From a virus, in IMG/VR virus record IMGVR_UViG_3300037487_001184, positions 32,001-96,000 of that record: a stretch of 64,000 bases of DNA. One strand, given 5' to 3'. A program made the translations under genes and the position numbers. How positions within the stretch are numbered: the first letter of the stretch is position 1; each line of letters begins with the position of its first letter. The notes under the pieces are model-generated. The model was not told the DNA's origin, ran no database searches, and was given only the letters and a program-made list of their open reading frames with translations. Below are positions 36,199-45,352 of this stretch, piece by piece.

Positions 36199-37847
36199 GT
36201 TGACGACCTACCCTGTAGTAGACTATCAATAGCACTTATAATCTCATCAACATTATGATTCATACATGGATGTCCCGGTAAAGGGCACACTCTTTTGTCC
36301 TGTTGAAACATAACTCCGCCATTGCATGGTTTGTCCTTCCCTTTCGGGCACATCCCTTGTAGATTCACAATATTCTTCTTATCATACCCGTACATCGAGG
36401 CATCACTTCGTCCGAATAATACAACTGATGGTACGTTCAAAGCAGCGGCAGCATGTGCAGCCATTGTATCAATACTCACAACACAACGTGCACCTTTAAT
36501 CCAACGAAAGGCATCCCGATAATTCACATTATTCACAAGACGAACATTTTGAAGAGGATCTACCACTTCTGCGCCAGATAACTGTATTACTTCACAATTA
36601 TATTTATTCCTCAGCTCTTGAATTATAGAATCCCACTTACTAATAGGTTCCAAGTGCTTGGTTCTAGAGAAATCACTGAAGTCATATATCTTAGCAGATG
36701 AATTATTAGCAACTATTATATAATTTTCAATCTCCCCCATTGGTTCTACATTATATAATTCAGGAGATGGGTTGTCTAACTCGGGTAGGTCCAAAGCTTT
36801 ACAATAAGCATTTGCCAAACTACCACGCCACTCGTTCTTCCCCATCCACCCGTACACACTTAACTCTACACGATGTGTTCGTTGGTCGCTCAACGCTGAC
36901 TTACATATCACATCTATATTAGGATTACCCTCAAGTACGTCTTTTGCTAGTGGATGCCAAACCGATATATTTCGACCGGGATGTTTCTTACGAAGCTCCG
37001 CGAACATCGGGGTTGAGGCGATTAAATCACCACACGCGTGCGTAAGGTTGAGGTGGATTCCAGGTTGCATATCTTTTCGAACTAGGTTAAACTTACGTGC
37101 ATCGTCCAGAGCGTTACCCTGACCACGTACTCCACCCGAGGGGGCTCTTAAGTGCCATACTTCTGCCGTCGGAACAATGACTACGCGATGTCCCTCTACA
37201 TGAAAACGCCAGCTATGAAAAGACTCTTCCCTAAAATGATCGAACAGGTGTGTATCAAACCCACCTATCTCACGAAGTCTATCTGTACGCATTATCATTG
37301 GACACGTAAGATGCTCCACATCAATCAGATTCTGGTCTTCATGCCGAATCCATTGAAGGTTTGGGGTATTAGCTATTGTCGCTACCTTCCCCCACGTCTG
37401 TCTACGCTCATCCCCTACGGCTAAAGACTGGATATCTGCACCAGGGTCTAACACAAGACTTGCGGCGCAGGCTATTTTGTCGTCATCGAACACCTTTACC
37501 ATCTTAGAAAAGTAGTCAGTGTTCAACCAATGATCATCGTCTGCTCGACAGAATAATGGGTTTCTCCAGTTCTTCTCTGCCCATAGAAAACCCTCTTGCA
37601 GAACTGCACCTACTTTACTGGTCTTAGGACTTGCAAGTATCTGCACTTTATGAGATTTTCTCAACTCTGCAATGATGCGCTTGTACATCTCATCCTTTTC
37701 CCAGTTTTCGATGTTAAATGGACCCTCACTATCATCTACTATAATAAGGTCCCAGTAGGGATAATCTTGATTCCTAAGCGACCAGAGTATCTGGTGAAGC
37801 ACATACTTCCTATCTTTGGTTGCTATGACTGTTGTGACACGCTTCAT
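36195..37847 (-). CDS. GT2 plus GT9 (heptosyltransferase-like) double glycosyltransferase
   Basis: VIATKDR, IVDDS, ADDD, IGGFD; CGDLI..TP, LEGNPNID, SIDTMAAHAAAALNVPSVVLFG. Confidence 0.85.
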   Translation of the reverse strand: MKRVTTVIATKDRKYVLHQILWSLRNQDYPYWDLIIVDDSEGPFNIENWEKDEMYKRIIAELRKSHKVQILASPKTSKVGAVLQEGFLWAEKNWRNPLFCRADDDHWLNTDYFSKMVKVFDDDKIACAASLVLDPGADIQSLAVGDERRQTWGKVATIANTPNLQWIRHEDQNLIDVEHLTCPMIMRTDRLREIGGFDTHLFDHFREESFHSWRFHVEGHRVVIVPTAEVWHLRAPSGGVRGQGNALDDARKFNLVRKDMQPGIHLNLTHACGDLIASTPMFAELRKKHPGRNISVWHPLAKDVLEGNPNIDVICKSALSDQRTHRVELSVYGWMGKNEWRGSLANAYCKALDLPELDNPSPELYNVEPMGEIENYIIVANNSSAKIYDFSDFSRTKHLEPISKWDSIIQELRNKYNCEVIQLSGAEVVDPLQNVRLVNNVNYRDAFRWIKGARCVVSIDTMAAHAAAALNVPSVVLFGRSDASMYGYDKKNIVNLQGMCPKGKDKPCNGGVMFQQDKRVCPLPGHPCMNHNVDEIISAIDSLLQGRSST

Positions 37848-37874
37848 AAAGCCTCCCCAGTGAAAATAATATTT

Positions 37875-37903
37875 ACACTAAATTGAAAAGTCTGATTTGT
37901 CAA
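37875..37903 (-). promoter_or_regulatory. putative sigma70 promoter ahead of the GT2-GT9 gene
   Basis: TTGACA-17-TAGTGT. Confidence 0.5.
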
Positions 37904-37904
37904 A

Positions 37905-38090
37905 CTATCTTTTTCCTTGAACCTCAATAAATAAAGCCACTTTGTTTCTATAGGTATCTAAAGCATAAATAAAATCAGATGTTCCGTCTACATTCTGTGC
38001 GGAAACCATGTGCTCTAGAGATGATATCATTTGAATGATGTTAAGTAAAACCATATCCACTTTTTCATAATCAATGCTGGATACCGCCAT
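37905..38090 (-). CDS. hypothetical protein
   Basis: AAGGAG Shine-Dalgarno. Confidence 0.55.
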   Translation of the reverse strand: MAVSSIDYEKVDMVLLNIIQMISSLEHMVSAQNVDGTSDFIYALDTYRNKVALFIEVQGKR

Positions 38091-38107
38091 AATAATCTCC
38101 TTTCTTA

Positions 38108-41100
38108 CTACAATATTATTGGATAAGATGTCGGGGTTCTAGTTACTCGAAAGTTCCCAGTGGCACCATCTACTACTGAATAATAATAATTAGCACCCAT
38201 TACATAAACATAATGAGGAGGAAACGGTACTTGATATAAATAAGCTACAGCATCACTCCTACCAACAACAGGAGGGCTACCATAATAAATATCTAATCCT
38301 GATTCTGTGTGCCTTGATGCAGATCCCCCAGGTTGCTCACAATCAACCTCGGAAGAATCCCCGCTATGTCCACCAACCCAATAAGTGATAGTTGCAGAAC
38401 CAATAGTTATAAAAGCTGAATAACAAGTACCATAATTAGAAACATACGCCCTAGTTGTACCAGTCCTACTCAACGAACAAACTACTTCCTCTATTGGACG
38501 AATAAACCCAGGAAGCGATATAGAGGTATTGGAGTTACCAATAGCAGCTTCCCAATACTGGGTGGGTTGATGATAAATACTCCACAGATTCCAATTTCCA
38601 CTCATTCTATTTGTAGATGTAACTACTATATATCCGATACAAATACTATCATCATAGTCCATTGTACCTGACTTTCTAGTAGAGAGTGCTGTAAGCCTAT
38701 TTGTTGGAGGAGTCGCTGATATGTACCAATAGTTAGGACTTACCCAATCCGTAGTTAAGGTTACTACGTCACTCATTGCTACTTTCAGATAAATATAATA
38801 CAAATTTCCTGGAGACAAATTACAAAAGTCTAACCAAAAACGCGGGACTGCCCCATTATTAACATTAAGTACCCCAGCATTTGGAAAAACAATCTGAGTA
38901 CCGGTCTCAATCGGGGACAAGGAAAAATAAGATGTATCTCTATAATCTATCCTAATTGGCAATCCAGCGTACTTCTGGTCCTCGAACTTAAACCTCTTAC
39001 CAATCCAGTCATACGTCACAATTCTAGGAATTGTACCTATATAACCACTTATCAATCCATTCTCTAGTGTATCTATATAACTATCTAGTGCAGACACATC
39101 AATTGATAAACTACGCAGATGCGTCCAGCCATCCTGTATATCATGCCCTAATTGATATGCCTCAGAGTACAAGTTGTTTACATCTAAACTAAATGCATCT
39201 GTCAGTCCCCGAAGTATACCAGCATGGCTATCCAAGTCATCCATAATATCGTGTAAAGCATCCAAGTCACTAGTCAACGAAAGCCGTAAATCGTCTAGCT
39301 GGTCAAAATTAGATTCTAAGGAACCTATCAAACGGTGAGCATCCGAATACTGATGACTCAAATCCATAGTGTAAGAATACATATCATCATTTAGGCTAAA
39401 CAGACTATCTACATAAAGGTCTAGAGTATTTGCCCTACCACTAATAGTGTCTAGTTTACCGCTCAGACTGTAAACTGTAGCACTAATTCCATCAGTCCTT
39501 GTGGATAGTGAATCTAGCTGAATATCCATAAGAGATACATTACCGGATAGCGTATTAGCATTACTGTACAAGATGTTAACATGCCCGCTAAGGGATGTGA
39601 GTTTACCCCCTAACTGTGTGTCCAGAATCTGCAAATCACTAATATCCGAAAATAAACTATCCCGTTGATGCTCCAGGCTATGAATTAAATTACCGGCTGT
39701 AGAATCAGCGCTACGCAGAAGAGCAGTCATTGAATTAAGGCTTGTTATAAGTACACCTTCTGCACTAAGGTCTGCTGACAGACTATCTAACCCATGACTC
39801 AGGCTATGTAAATAAAGTGATTGTGTATTCACATGGGACTGTAAATTAAGAGCTGCTACACTCATACTATATATCAAGGCTGATTGAATATTTAAATCAC
39901 CTTCTAGTACACCTAGCTGAGAGTCTAACATACTGGTGTATAGTTCTTGCAGAGAAACATCCCCGGATAGCACGTTTAACTGAGACCCAACACTATTCAG
40001 ATGAGCACTTAGAAGATTAGCATCCTCAAACAAAGAATCAGCAGTATTAGATATAAGTGAAACATACCCCTCCAGATCCCCAAACTCACTCCAGAGATGC
40101 CCAAGGTCGTGTGATATCTCTAATGTATCTGAAGTAATGGCAGTAAAACTCATACCAAGAGACGCTTCCATTAAATCTATGTCTACAACCAAGTTACTAA
40201 AGTGTCCTGCTAAAGCGTTTAACCAGTAACCTACATCACTTATATCCTCACCCAAAGAGTCACCAATAATATACAAGTCAGAGACGTGACCAAATATATT
40301 ATTAACATCTACTCGCATATAAGAAGCTAAATCACTGAGAACATCTGTATCACTCCATAAGTTAGATATCCCACTTTCCATAGACCTTTGAATATCACTC
40401 AAAACATAGTAATCTGAGCGTAGAGCGCTTTCCCTTATTTCCATCCAAAACTGCAAATCTTGTAAAATAAGAGTATCATCCCTAATTGCACCAATATTAA
40501 TCTCCAAATACGAGTACATATCGTGAATATAACTATAATCAGAAACAAGACGTTCTTCATAACTTTCAATCTGTGTGGTCACATCACCAATTAGACTTGT
40601 AACATCGTCTATATAACCAATAACAGAATCCAAGGAGTCTGTAAGCGCAGAAATAACTTCTGCATCACTTAATAAGTCCCATACTTCTTGTGTAAATAGA
40701 CTCTTAAAGCTAAACAGTCCGTCCACATCACCACTAATTAAGTTGATGTTACTGTATATATCCGATACATCTTGATGCAGATTGTCACCTATAGAGTTCA
40801 GATTACTATTGATATCATACAAATCGGATACTTGCCATACTAAATCGCCGACTAGTGATTGAACATCCGCAATATCTGACCTCATATAGGATATCTCTGA
40901 GTCCATTGCTAGAAGAACGCTGTCTACATCACTAATTGTATCAAATAAACCACTAACATCAGACCCTATATTCTCAATGACCTGGTCTAGGGCAGAGAGA
41001 TTACTCCGTCCCTCACTAATCTCATCCCCCATTGCACTTACAATGAGGTCCATATCTGACATAATTGAGTAGGCAGCATCAATGTCCGAATCTATTAAGT

Positions 41101-43402
41101 CTAACTCGTGATACATGGATTCAACAAGGATGGACATATGCCCAGCGGTACTCATGATATTTCGCTGGTCTGAGTCTAGATTACTAAAGTCTTGATACAG
41201 GTCTGCTATATCACTCCATATATCTGACATAAAAGAGTCCATACCAAGGTCTATGTCAGACCCCCAACCTAATAAGAAATCAATTAAACTGTCATGAGCA
41301 AATAAGCTATCATCAATTGCACTTAAATGATTTACTCTATCAGCTAAATAACCATAAACAGCGGTTTGGTTTCCAGGACTATCTACCAACCAACTACCTG
41401 TAAACTGTCCATTAGCATCCGTCCTTACAGTTGCTATCCAACGTGCTGAGGTACCAGGATAATTTGAAGATAAATAACCTCTTGTTGGAGCTATTGTAGA
41501 AAAGAACAGTGTGTTAGCACGAACGCCCCAACAAATATCAGTATTAGCCATATACACATAGAGAGTAGTATTAGGATGAGTATTAATTCTAGTTAAATTA
41601 CTAAGTGGACTTGTAATATTTGCTTCTGTATATAATTGAATGTAATCAGTTACATTTGCAGTATGCACACCAGAATCCGTAGAGGGAAGAGTTATTATAG
41701 TATCTCCGCCCACATATACAACTCCAGCGGTACCCTCAATCTCAACTACTTTGAACCGATTCACCGTATCTGGTTTTATTGCAAAGTCTGCTTGACCTTT
41801 AAAATGTGTAGGATTTAATACAAGAGATTTTATATATGATATATCCTTAGCGTATAAAAACCGAGCATTAGCATCTGTCCATATATGCCCCACACACCTA
41901 GAAAAGAACAAAGGAAAAGTCTCTGTCATCCGATAATGTTCATGTTCTTTGGTAGATAATACTATCTTGAGACGTAAGTCTTTCTCTGGGTCATAATAAG
42001 TTTCTGAACCTTCATCAGAAGACTGCCAGGGTCTTGTAGTAAGTGTATTTATCGCATTGAAGTTTACTGCATCTATCTCATTTATTAAATAAATCCAATA
42101 ATGCGTATTTGCTAAAATAGGCGTATCAACATAGACTGGTAAATCAGTAGCTGGGTCTACAGATATCCAAGAATCAAAACGAGAAGCAGAGTGTCCCTCT
42201 CCTAAATAAATTAACTCGTCTGGTAAATAAATCTGCCCATAGCAACCGTCTGTACGGAGCAGTCTTATCTCATCTTGACTCTCATAACTTAAATAGAAAT
42301 CAGAGTAATCCCTAAAAGTAGCAGAAAAAGAGGGTCTCCTTGATATCCAGGAGAAGTCTAAGTTATGTCGAAAGTAAGGACCCCCCTCTGCTTTAGAGGT
42401 AACATCTGTCTCAATAAATCCCGCGATTATCGCATAATTCTTCAATGAAGGAGTGTCTATATAATCATCTACAGGAGCTATTTTGGATAAAAACAACCTC
42501 CCATTAAAATTACAAGCCGGTGTGGAATTATGGGTAGAGTCTCCAGGAAGAGCAGGGACACTTATAGGCACCTTACTATTAGCATAATAAACATAATACT
42601 CCGTACCAGACTCTACATACTCTGGTAAGACCTGCCCATCTACAACTTTTATCGCTGGGTAAGAATTGAAAACAATAGCTGTATCTGTAGGAGTCATCTT
42701 CTCACTACCCACAAATACAAAACCTTTACCACCGGCTACTAATGTAATTCCAACAGCCGACTTACCGTAATATTCTAACTTAGCATCGGGTATTAAAAAC
42801 TCAATAAACCCATCCGGTAAATGCTTATATTCTTCGTCATCCTCTATTGCTGAGTGTTTCCATCTTCTCCATGCAAGCCCATCCCAAAAAACTTTGATAT
42901 CATAGTAATATAGAACGTGCGCAGAGCCCCTATGTAAACCAGGTCTAGGTAATGCGCCTTCGTCATCAATATCCCAATACCACTTAACTATCTTCCATTC
43001 TTGAAAATCAACATCCCAGAAATAATAATCCTTATCACGCATATCAAAAAATTCTGCATCTTCTGGGGGCCAATTGGGTCTAGGAACAGACCACATCTCG
43101 AAATCTTTGCGTGGACCATATGGCAATCCGGTATTAGGGTTTGTATTACCTAATACGGGGAGTGTTTCGACAGAGGCTGCGGAACCCGCGAGGGTTATTA
43201 CTTCATAATCTATACCATTCCAGACAACAGGGTTAGGCCAATCCCTTACCCACCGCTCTTGCCCATAAAAATTCCCTTCTGGTGATTGCCAACCTAATGC
43301 TCTGGAGTAATTTACTCCGTCTCCGACGGGGGGCGCAGTCTGCCCCTCTTCTACATAATAAAATTTATCTCCCTGATCTACTAAGGTAGGATCAAAAGGC
43401 AT
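38108..43402 (-). CDS. very large virion protein with repeated beta modules and a long acidic coiled coil
   Basis: 1764 aa in the tail module; central S/D/L-rich heptad region. Confidence 0.8.
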   Translation of the reverse strand: MPFDPTLVDQGDKFYYVEEGQTAPPVGDGVNYSRALGWQSPEGNFYGQERWVRDWPNPVVWNGIDYEVITLAGSAASVETLPVLGNTNPNTGLPYGPRKDFEMWSVPRPNWPPEDAEFFDMRDKDYYFWDVDFQEWKIVKWYWDIDDEGALPRPGLHRGSAHVLYYYDIKVFWDGLAWRRWKHSAIEDDEEYKHLPDGFIEFLIPDAKLEYYGKSAVGITLVAGGKGFVFVGSEKMTPTDTAIVFNSYPAIKVVDGQVLPEYVESGTEYYVYYANSKVPISVPALPGDSTHNSTPACNFNGRLFLSKIAPVDDYIDTPSLKNYAIIAGFIETDVTSKAEGGPYFRHNLDFSWISRRPSFSATFRDYSDFYLSYESQDEIRLLRTDGCYGQIYLPDELIYLGEGHSASRFDSWISVDPATDLPVYVDTPILANTHYWIYLINEIDAVNFNAINTLTTRPWQSSDEGSETYYDPEKDLRLKIVLSTKEHEHYRMTETFPLFFSRCVGHIWTDANARFLYAKDISYIKSLVLNPTHFKGQADFAIKPDTVNRFKVVEIEGTAGVVYVGGDTIITLPSTDSGVHTANVTDYIQLYTEANITSPLSNLTRINTHPNTTLYVYMANTDICWGVRANTLFFSTIAPTRGYLSSNYPGTSARWIATVRTDANGQFTGSWLVDSPGNQTAVYGYLADRVNHLSAIDDSLFAHDSLIDFLLGWGSDIDLGMDSFMSDIWSDIADLYQDFSNLDSDQRNIMSTAGHMSILVESMYHELDLIDSDIDAAYSIMSDMDLIVSAMGDEISEGRSNLSALDQVIENIGSDVSGLFDTISDVDSVLLAMDSEISYMRSDIADVQSLVGDLVWQVSDLYDINSNLNSIGDNLHQDVSDIYSNINLISGDVDGLFSFKSLFTQEVWDLLSDAEVISALTDSLDSVIGYIDDVTSLIGDVTTQIESYEERLVSDYSYIHDMYSYLEINIGAIRDDTLILQDLQFWMEIRESALRSDYYVLSDIQRSMESGISNLWSDTDVLSDLASYMRVDVNNIFGHVSDLYIIGDSLGEDISDVGYWLNALAGHFSNLVVDIDLMEASLGMSFTAITSDTLEISHDLGHLWSEFGDLEGYVSLISNTADSLFEDANLLSAHLNSVGSQLNVLSGDVSLQELYTSMLDSQLGVLEGDLNIQSALIYSMSVAALNLQSHVNTQSLYLHSLSHGLDSLSADLSAEGVLITSLNSMTALLRSADSTAGNLIHSLEHQRDSLFSDISDLQILDTQLGGKLTSLSGHVNILYSNANTLSGNVSLMDIQLDSLSTRTDGISATVYSLSGKLDTISGRANTLDLYVDSLFSLNDDMYSYTMDLSHQYSDAHRLIGSLESNFDQLDDLRLSLTSDLDALHDIMDDLDSHAGILRGLTDAFSLDVNNLYSEAYQLGHDIQDGWTHLRSLSIDVSALDSYIDTLENGLISGYIGTIPRIVTYDWIGKRFKFEDQKYAGLPIRIDYRDTSYFSLSPIETGTQIVFPNAGVLNVNNGAVPRFWLDFCNLSPGNLYYIYLKVAMSDVVTLTTDWVSPNYWYISATPPTNRLTALSTRKSGTMDYDDSICIGYIVVTSTNRMSGNWNLWSIYHQPTQYWEAAIGNSNTSISLPGFIRPIEEVVCSLSRTGTTRAYVSNYGTCYSAFITIGSATITYWVGGHSGDSSEVDCEQPGGSASRHTESGLDIYYGSPPVVGRSDAVAYLYQVPFPPHYVYVMGANYYYSVVDGATGNFRVTRTPTSYPIIL

Positions 43403-43657
43403 TTAAACAAACACTCCGGGAAGTTGATATGGATTTACGCAAGGACATTGTGTACCACTACAATGCATATTCCGATTGAATACTTCGAAACCACCGTGAA
43501 CGGGAGCAGTGGTGTCTCCAATAGTTATACCTAATCCCCATATAGTAAAACAAGCCTTTGTTATATTATCCCATGCAGTAGCTTGGCTTGCTCCACATAC
43601 TGCTGGTCCTGGACCAAATGTAACCGGCGATTCACTATCTCCTACGTACTTAGCCAT
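43403..43657 (-). CDS. small Cys-rich protein (paralog 3 of 3)
   Basis: K.C...IGD...G...PG.V family motif. Confidence 0.7.
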   Translation of the reverse strand: MAKYVGDSESPVTFGPGPAVCGASQATAWDNITKACFTIWGLGITIGDTTAPVHGGFEVFNRNMHCSGTQCPCVNPYQLPGVFV

Positions 43658-43659
43658 GA

Positions 43660-43917
43660 TTATACGACCGCAGTCCCAGGAAGAAAGTACTTATTTGGGC
43701 AACAAGGTTGTGTACCATCAACCCTGAAATTCCAGTTACAGCACTCCATACCCTTCATCACTGAATCTGCTTTATCTCCAATTATAACAGTCTGCCCTGT
43801 TATTGCCCAACAACCCTTTCCTACGGTATCGTTTACATACCCACCAGGTAAATCCTTACAACCAGGACTTTGAATAGGAGCATCTGCCGATCCACCTGGA
43901 GACCAGTACTTACCCAT
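43660..43917 (-). CDS. small Cys-rich protein (paralog 2 of 3)
   Basis: KGC...IIGD...NW.F..CCP.KY..PG. Confidence 0.7.
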   Translation of the reverse strand: MGKYWSPGGSADAPIQSPGCKDLPGGYVNDTVGKGCWAITGQTVIIGDKADSVMKGMECCNWNFRVDGTQPCCPNKYFLPGTAVV

Positions 43918-44195
43918 TATACCACAACTCCAGGTATAGCATACTTATCTGGACAACAAGCACAGTCTCCATTTGTATGAAATACCCAATTTATATGAGA
44001 AAACCCGTCTTTCACAGACATAGCAGTATCACCTATAATAACAGGGGGGGAGGTTGTCAAAAAACATTTTTTACCAGTGGGCATTCGACTAGGGTCGTGT
44101 GCTGGTGGGTCATACATAGCTCCACCATCTGAACCACAAGGAGCACCCATCGTTATAACTGAGCCATACTGACTTGGTGGACTAATAAAACTCAT
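43917..44195 (-). CDS. small Cys-rich protein (paralog 1 of 3)
   Basis: KKC...IIGD...NW.F..CCP.KY..PG. Confidence 0.7.
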   Translation of the reverse strand: MSFISPPSQYGSVITMGAPCGSDGGAMYDPPAHDPSRMPTGKKCFLTTSPPVIIGDTAMSVKDGFSHINWVFHTNGDCACCPDKYAIPGVVV

Positions 44196-44199
44196 TCTT

Positions 44200-45180
44200 T
44201 TACTCCAAACAAATAGAACCTAAACCCAAATCCCACAGATTTGTTTTTAGGTGTTCGATGTTCTTATTGGCAAATATTCTATCTCGGTAAGACATTCGAA
44301 CTGTCTCACCCATCTCTGGGAATTCTTGGTGGGCACAGTTTCTTCCTTGTACAAGCACATTACCTATCATAAACCACCGAAGCATATTATTGTCTTTTTC
44401 AATTTCCGGAGGAATCATATCATAATAACTTACATCTATATCCGTCAGGAAACGCATTGCTGCTAACACAGCAAAAGTATCATCACAATGCTCCTCTCCT
44501 AACCCAATATAATGCAATAATCCAGCATACCTATTCCTATCTGCTCTCGCTAGACTATAAAATACTGAATAAACAGTTCCCAGTTTATGAACCAAATGTG
44601 GAGATTTAAACATATCCGCCACATCAAATACATGAGCACCCTCAGAAATATCATTGATGCTGGCTTTATCCCAAGGGAGATTCCAATCATTCCTTATCAT
44701 ATAATAAAGTAGCTCTAAAAGTTGCCCTGTATCTCCATCTGGAAGAAATCGTTTCCTATCACATTTATAATCAAGCACAAAGTAATACTGATGATTTTCT
44801 GTATCATGCTCTACATAATCCAGCACCTGCACACCAGACTTATCGAAATCCTTCGAGTTCCTAATGAGCTTCAGTTCTTTGGGACCACACGTTCCTATGA
44901 AATCTGAGAAGTATGGTTGATACTTGTGTTGAAATATTCCTACTTTACCTTCAAATCTGGGGTCTTTTGCAACATAACCACAGTAAAACACATTAGCTTT
45001 CTCTATTACTCCAGGACAGTTTCTGTCCATTGTAAGGTGTGTGTCATAAGGCACACCCACGCCTTTATAATAAGTGCTGCCATTTTTACACACCCTACCG
45101 CCCACAAATGTCAAGTCAGCAGGTATAGAAAGAGTTCTTATCTCATCTCCGAACTCATTGTATATTGGTATCTCTGTCAC
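44200..45180 (-). CDS. hypothetical protein in the tail module
   Basis: 326-aa coupled ORF, no motif recognised. Confidence 0.65.
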   Translation of the reverse strand: MTEIPIYNEFGDEIRTLSIPADLTFVGGRVCKNGSTYYKGVGVPYDTHLTMDRNCPGVIEKANVFYCGYVAKDPRFEGKVGIFQHKYQPYFSDFIGTCGPKELKLIRNSKDFDKSGVQVLDYVEHDTENHQYYFVLDYKCDRKRFLPDGDTGQLLELLYYMIRNDWNLPWDKASINDISEGAHVFDVADMFKSPHLVHKLGTVYSVFYSLARADRNRYAGLLHYIGLGEEHCDDTFAVLAAMRFLTDIDVSYYDMIPPEIEKDNNMLRWFMIGNVLVQGRNCAHQEFPEMGETVRMSYRDRIFANKNIEHLKTNLWDLGLGSICLE

Positions 45181-45352
45181 TTTGCATCCCTAATATCATT
45201 GACTTAATACTTTCTATCTCATTCAGAAGATTATCATTTTGTTCTTTGAGTTTACGCATCTTTTTATCCAAGGGGTTAGGGGCTGATCTGAGCCAGCCCT
45301 GTGAACCCCTCACTCTAAAATATCCTAGTGGTGGTCGGTCGAAACTAGACAC
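45155..45352 (-). CDS. small coiled-coil protein
   Basis: coupled to the DUF4815-like gene. Confidence 0.55.
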   Translation of the reverse strand: MSSFDRPPLGYFRVRGSQGWLRSAPNPLDKKMRKLKEQNDNLLNEIESIKSMILGMQSDRDTNIQ

